Below, piece after piece: positions 60,218 through 64,000 of a DNA stretch of 64,000 nt. Under the pieces are notes generated by a model. It made no database searches, was not told where the DNA came from, and saw only the letters and a program-made list of their open reading frames with translations. This DNA is from Alphaproteobacteria bacterium (lineage in GTDB: Bacteria > Pseudomonadota > Alphaproteobacteria > UBA828): the NCBI GenBank assembly GCA_963667785.2, contig CAXXMU010000005.1, forward strand, positions 384,001 to 448,000, given 5' to 3'. The number at the start of each line of letters is the position of its first letter. Position 1 is the stretch's first letter. The translations under genes were made by a program, and so were the position numbers.

Positions 60218-61648
60218 CTAGTCGGGCGCCGCCTTCCAGAAATACTGACGCATCCCGCGCCGTTCATCCACATGCTTGATCCTGAAGCGCATGCTCGCCC
60301 GCGTGCCGACGTCGAAGCTCTCGGGATTGACCTCCGTGAACTCCACCATGGTGCGCCCGCCGCCCTCGAACTCGACGAGGCCGAGATAGGCCGGCGGGTC
60401 CATGGAGAACACAAGATGGTCCGCGGTGAAGGTCTTCACCGTGGCCGGCACGTCCGCCATGGGGTGGGGCTCCTGCGTGTCGCGCGCGCCGCAGTTCGGG
60501 TTCACGCAGTAGATCGAGCGCGGGTACTGCACGGTGCCACAGCGGCTGCAGCGGCCGCCGACGAACCCGGTCACGCCCTCGCGGTTGCGGTACTGCGCGG
60601 TCAGCGCGGGCGGACGGTCGAGCTCGGCCCGCTTGCCGTATTCGCGCTCGACGACCCCGCTGTAGGTCAGGAACCTGTGATAGCTGGATTCCTCCACCCG
60701 CCGGCTCAGCCACCCGGCGACGCCGCGGCCGGGCCGGGTCGCGCCGATCGCATCCGTGACGCGGAACACCAGCGCATCGCAGCCCTGGCCGAACCCGGTG
60801 ACGACGATGGTCTGCCCCGGCTCAGCGTCCGCAAGCTCGGCCGCGAGCATGAGCAGCGGCTGGGCCGTACCGCACTGGCCGACCGTCTCCATCATCGGGT
60901 CAGCAACGGCGTCCGCCGGAATGCCGCAGGCCCTGGCGACGCTCTCCGGCACCCGCCGCAGGTGGCAGGGCACGATCAGGCGGTCGACGGCCGCAGGCTC
61001 GACGCCGGCCTTCGCGAGCGCCCGCGCGACCGCCTGCGGCACCAGCTTCAACCAGCCTTCGTCGCGTATCCAGCGGTCCTCCCAGCCATAGTCGAAGTCG
61101 TCGCCGCTCGCGCGGAAGTGATCGATGAAGTCCGCGGCGACCGTCGCTGCCCCGAGCAGGGTCGCGATCTCCCCCTCGCCGCCGGTGCGAAGAGCGGCCG
61201 CCCCGTCGCCGGACAGCATCTCCATCGGGCTGCCGGCCCGGGCCCTGCGGCGGTCGGCCGCCGCCACGATCGCCGGCTGGCCTGCCGCCGCGGCGTCGAG
61301 CGCGCTCATCAGCGCGGTGGTCGAGGCGCGGAGCGAGCCCGCCACGTCCATGGTGCGCAGCGCGCTCCCGAGATTGAGCGCCTCCGCGACGATGCCGGCA
61401 TTCTGGCGGACGGCGAAGGGATGCGTGGTCGACGCCAGGAACAGCGCCTCGACGGGCGCGGCCGCGCCCATGTCGCGCACGGCCTCCACGGCCATCGTGA
61501 CCGGGTCCTCGTCCCAGCTGCACATGCTGCGCTCGCCGCGCGCGAGGGCTGCAAGCGATGCGTCGAACCAGGCGTTGGCGGCGGCGATCGCCGAGCGTTG
61601 AAGGCGTCGGCGCGGCAGGTAGGCGCCATACGCGGTGATGCCGGGCAC
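60218..61648 (-). CDS. HMG-CoA synthase/KAS III-like domain fused to DUF35 (Zn-ribbon + OB-fold)
   Basis: GITAYGAYLPR, DEDPVTMAVEA and GDGAAA; C-terminal CSRC..CVNPNC and YFWKA. Confidence 0.85.
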   Translation of the reverse strand: MPGITAYGAYLPRRRLQRSAIAAANAWFDASLAALARGERSMCSWDEDPVTMAVEAVRDMGAAAPVEALFLASTTHPFAVRQNAGIVAEALNLGSALRTMDVAGSLRASTTALMSALDAAAAGQPAIVAAADRRRARAGSPMEMLSGDGAAALRTGGEGEIATLLGAATVAADFIDHFRASGDDFDYGWEDRWIRDEGWLKLVPQAVARALAKAGVEPAAVDRLIVPCHLRRVPESVARACGIPADAVADPMMETVGQCGTAQPLLMLAAELADAEPGQTIVVTGFGQGCDALVFRVTDAIGATRPGRGVAGWLSRRVEESSYHRFLTYSGVVEREYGKRAELDRPPALTAQYRNREGVTGFVGGRCSRCGTVQYPRSIYCVNPNCGARDTQEPHPMADVPATVKTFTADHLVFSMDPPAYLGLVEFEGGGRTMVEFTEVNPESFDVGTRASMRFRIKHVDERRGMRQYFWKAAPD

Positions 61649-61760
61649 GTCGGGACTCCGGAGACGGACGGTTGCGCGACCGAGGGCGGGCGCATACTAC
61701 ACGCTCGCGGCCGCAAGACCAGTCGGCCGGCGCAACTGCTCCGGGGGACGGGGGGCAGGC

Positions 61761-62522
61761 ATGTCCAGGGTCATGATCGTCACGGGCGGCAGCCGCGGGA
61801 TCGGCGCCGCCGTCGCGCGGCTCGCCGGCGCAAAGGGATACGATGTCGCCGTCAACTACGCCCAGGCCAGGGACCGGGCCGAGGCGGTCGCAGCCGAGAT
61901 CGAGAGGGCGGGCCGGCGCGCCGTCGCCATCCAGGCCGACATGGGGCGCGAGGACGATATCCTGCGGATGCTGGACGTGGTCGATTCCGAGCTCGGGCCG
62001 GTCACGGCCATCGTCAACAATGCGGCGATCGACTACGAGACCCTGATCCCCGACATGGACCTGGCGAAGCTGGAGCGCGTCTTCGCGGTCAACGTCTTCG
62101 GCCTCTTCGTCATCGCGCGCGAGGCGGTCAAGCGCATGTCGACCAGGCTGGGCGGAAAGGGCGGCGCCATCGTCAACGTCGGCTCGATCTCGGCCCGCTA
62201 CGGCGGGCTGCCGAGCGATGTCGTCTACGCCTCGTCCAAGGGCGCCGTCGATTCCTTCACCAAGGGCCTCGCCCACGAATATGCCGAGTACGGCATTCGC
62301 GTGAACTGCGTGCGCCCCGGATTGATCGCCACCGACATGTGGGAGCGCTCCATCGGCATCGAGGCCGCGACCGCGCTCGGCAGGACCGGCTCGATGCTCA
62401 AGCGCATCGGCCGGCCCGAGGAGGTCGCGGCCATGTGCCTTTGGCTCTGCTCGGAAGAGGCCTCCTACGTCACCGCGGCGATCTACGACGTGGACGGCGG
62501 GCGCGGCAACAGGCCGGCGTGA
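61761..62522 (+). CDS. SDR-family oxidoreductase
   Basis: TGGSRGIG, NNAA and YASSK motifs. Confidence 0.9.
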   Translation: MSRVMIVTGGSRGIGAAVARLAGAKGYDVAVNYAQARDRAEAVAAEIERAGRRAVAIQADMGREDDILRMLDVVDSELGPVTAIVNNAAIDYETLIPDMDLAKLERVFAVNVFGLFVIAREAVKRMSTRLGGKGGAIVNVGSISARYGGLPSDVVYASSKGAVDSFTKGLAHEYAEYGIRVNCVRPGLIATDMWERSIGIEAATALGRTGSMLKRIGRPEEVAAMCLWLCSEEASYVTAAIYDVDGGRGNRPA

Positions 62523-62623
62523 GCGGAGTGAGCGAGGGTGCTGGCGCATTCGTGCGCCGCAGCGCTTGCACCGGGGCGACGAGTATCCGATAGAACCGCA
62601 AGAGAACGCCGCAGGAGGTGACG

Positions 62624-63028
62624 ATGAGCATGACCGACGAGGAACGCGATGCCTTCCTGCGCGAGGTCCGCATCGGCACGCTGTGCACGCTGAACGAGGA
62701 CGGCTCTCCCAACGCGCTCCCGCTCTGGTACGAGTGGGACGGCGAGAAGGCCCGCATGTTCTCGATGCTGGACACCGGCAAGGTGACGCGGCTGCGGCGC
62801 GATCCGCGCGCCTGCCTCAGCGTGGCCGACCCGGTCGGCGCGCCCGAGGCGTGGGTCACGGTGGAAGGGACCATCGAGCTCTTCGACGAGGGCGGCAAGG
62901 AGTTCGGACTCGAGCTCACCAGGCGCTACTACGAGAGCCCGCGGCGGGAGGAGGCCATCGCCGAGTGGTCCGCGCGGGACGACTGGATCCTGCTGGTGCT
63001 CACGCCGACCCGCATCCTCTCCTACTGA
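62624..63028 (+). CDS. Pyridoxamine 5'-phosphate oxidase-like (PPOX/split-barrel) protein
   Basis: LCTLNEDGSP..PLWY..KVTRLRRDPR; AGGAGG RBS. Confidence 0.8.
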   Translation: MSMTDEERDAFLREVRIGTLCTLNEDGSPNALPLWYEWDGEKARMFSMLDTGKVTRLRRDPRACLSVADPVGAPEAWVTVEGTIELFDEGGKEFGLELTRRYYESPRREEAIAEWSARDDWILLVLTPTRILSY

Positions 63029-63047
63029 TGCCCGACGCGAGCGACCG

Positions 63048-63833
63048 TTGAGGATCGCGGACAAGTCCGTCGTCGTCACCGGCGGCGCGAGCGGCATCGG
63101 GCTGGCGCTCGCGCGCCGCTTCCGCGCGGAGGGCGCGCGGGGCATCGCCCTGGCCGACCTTCAGGAGGACGCCCTGCTGAACGCCGCCAGCGAGATCGAC
63201 GCCCTGGCGGTGCCCTGCGATGTGGCGGACGAGGCCGCCGTCAAACGCCTCGTCGCGGCCGCAGAGGACACCTTCGGGCCCGTCGACGTGTTCGTCTCCA
63301 ACGCCGGCATCGCGCGCATGGGGGGCGTCGACGCGCCGGACGAGGAGTGGCGGCAGAACTGGGATATCCACGTCATGGCCCACGTCTATGCGGCGCGGGC
63401 GGTGGCGCCCGGGATGGCCGCGCGCGGCAGCGGCTATCTGGTCAACACGGCCTCGGCCGCCGGGCTCCTCAGCCACGTGGATTCGGCGACCTACTCGGTG
63501 ACGAAGCACGCCGCCGTGGCCTTCGCCGAGTGGCTCGCGATCGCCTACGGCGACCGGGGCGTGCGGGTCTCGGTGCTCTGCCCGCAGGCGGTGCGCACGG
63601 CGATGCTCGCGGGCCATGACGAGAGCGTCGCCAGCCTGGACGGCATCCTCGAGCCGGAGCAGGTGGCCGACTGCGTGATCGCGGCGATGGAGCGGGAGGC
63701 GTTCCTCATCCTTCCGCACCCCGAGGTGCAGGGCTACATGGAGCGCAAGGTCTCGGACCACGAACGCTGGCTCAAGGGGATGCGCAAGCTGCGCGCGGCG
63801 CACGGAGGAGCGCCCTCCCGGCCCCATTCCTGA
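63048..63833 (+). CDS. SDR-family oxidoreductase
   Basis: TGGASGIG, SNAG, YSVTK and LCPQAVRT motifs. Confidence 0.88.
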   Translation: MRIADKSVVVTGGASGIGLALARRFRAEGARGIALADLQEDALLNAASEIDALAVPCDVADEAAVKRLVAAAEDTFGPVDVFVSNAGIARMGGVDAPDEEWRQNWDIHVMAHVYAARAVAPGMAARGSGYLVNTASAAGLLSHVDSATYSVTKHAAVAFAEWLAIAYGDRGVRVSVLCPQAVRTAMLAGHDESVASLDGILEPEQVADCVIAAMEREAFLILPHPEVQGYMERKVSDHERWLKGMRKLRAAHGGAPSRPHS

Positions 63834-63851
63834 GCGGAGAGCGTCACCGAC

Positions 63852-64000
63852 ATGGCACGAGCGGACTTCGGCTTCTTCTTCCCCTTCCGGGTGAGGTATG
63901 CGGAGGTCGACGGGCAGATGATCGTCTTCAACGCCCACTACCTCACCTACTTCGATACCGCGATCACCGAGTATTTCCGGGTTCTGCCCTACGACTACCA
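63852..64000 (+). CDS. Acyl-CoA thioesterase (4HBT/YbgC family), 3' truncated by window edge
   Basis: MARADF..RVRYAEVDGQMIVFNAHYLTYFD. Confidence 0.85.
   Translation, partial: MARADFGFFFPFRVRYAEVDGQMIVFNAHYLTYFDTAITEYFRVLPYDY

Noticed and set aside
62624-63028. Evidence for F420 metabolism
   Set aside because: The split-barrel fold also binds FMN or heme, and no F420 biosynthesis genes are in the window

Overview
Very GC-rich chromosomal segment of an alphaproteobacterium, judged from the DUF1013/TrcR-QOR-DUF1192 and hslUV-rpmB-VUT-upp neighbourhoods and tRNA-Val beside N-formylglutamate amidohydrolase. About 60 genes: a few housekeeping loci interspersed with many catabolic modules for organic nitrogen. 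These include an M20 N-carbamoylase, an amidase, twin nitrilase-fold ureidopropionases, mmsA/ald, an mgdABCD/soxBDAG-type oxidase, Urt-like and ProXWV ABC importers, a GS-like/isochorismatase/small Zn-finger/fused hydantoinase operon, an HpaB-like monooxygenase plus enamidase-like pair, and a KASIII-DUF35/thiolase/MaoC/SDR cluster. There is also a dinJ-yafQ TA module and metH. I saw no CRISPR array, rRNA, integrase or transposase. Best leads: (i) a 447-bp convergent intergenic element with helically phased repeats, five GANTC sites and an AT tract; (ii) a three-copy structured MITE/REP-like element, always between convergent stop codons; (iii) a truncated Lrp 3' end marking a junction next to a compositionally atypical metH-glnA-like segment; (iv) several uncharacterised enzyme modules with altered active-site residues or unusual fusions. 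All functional calls come from motif recognition by eye; no database search was run.
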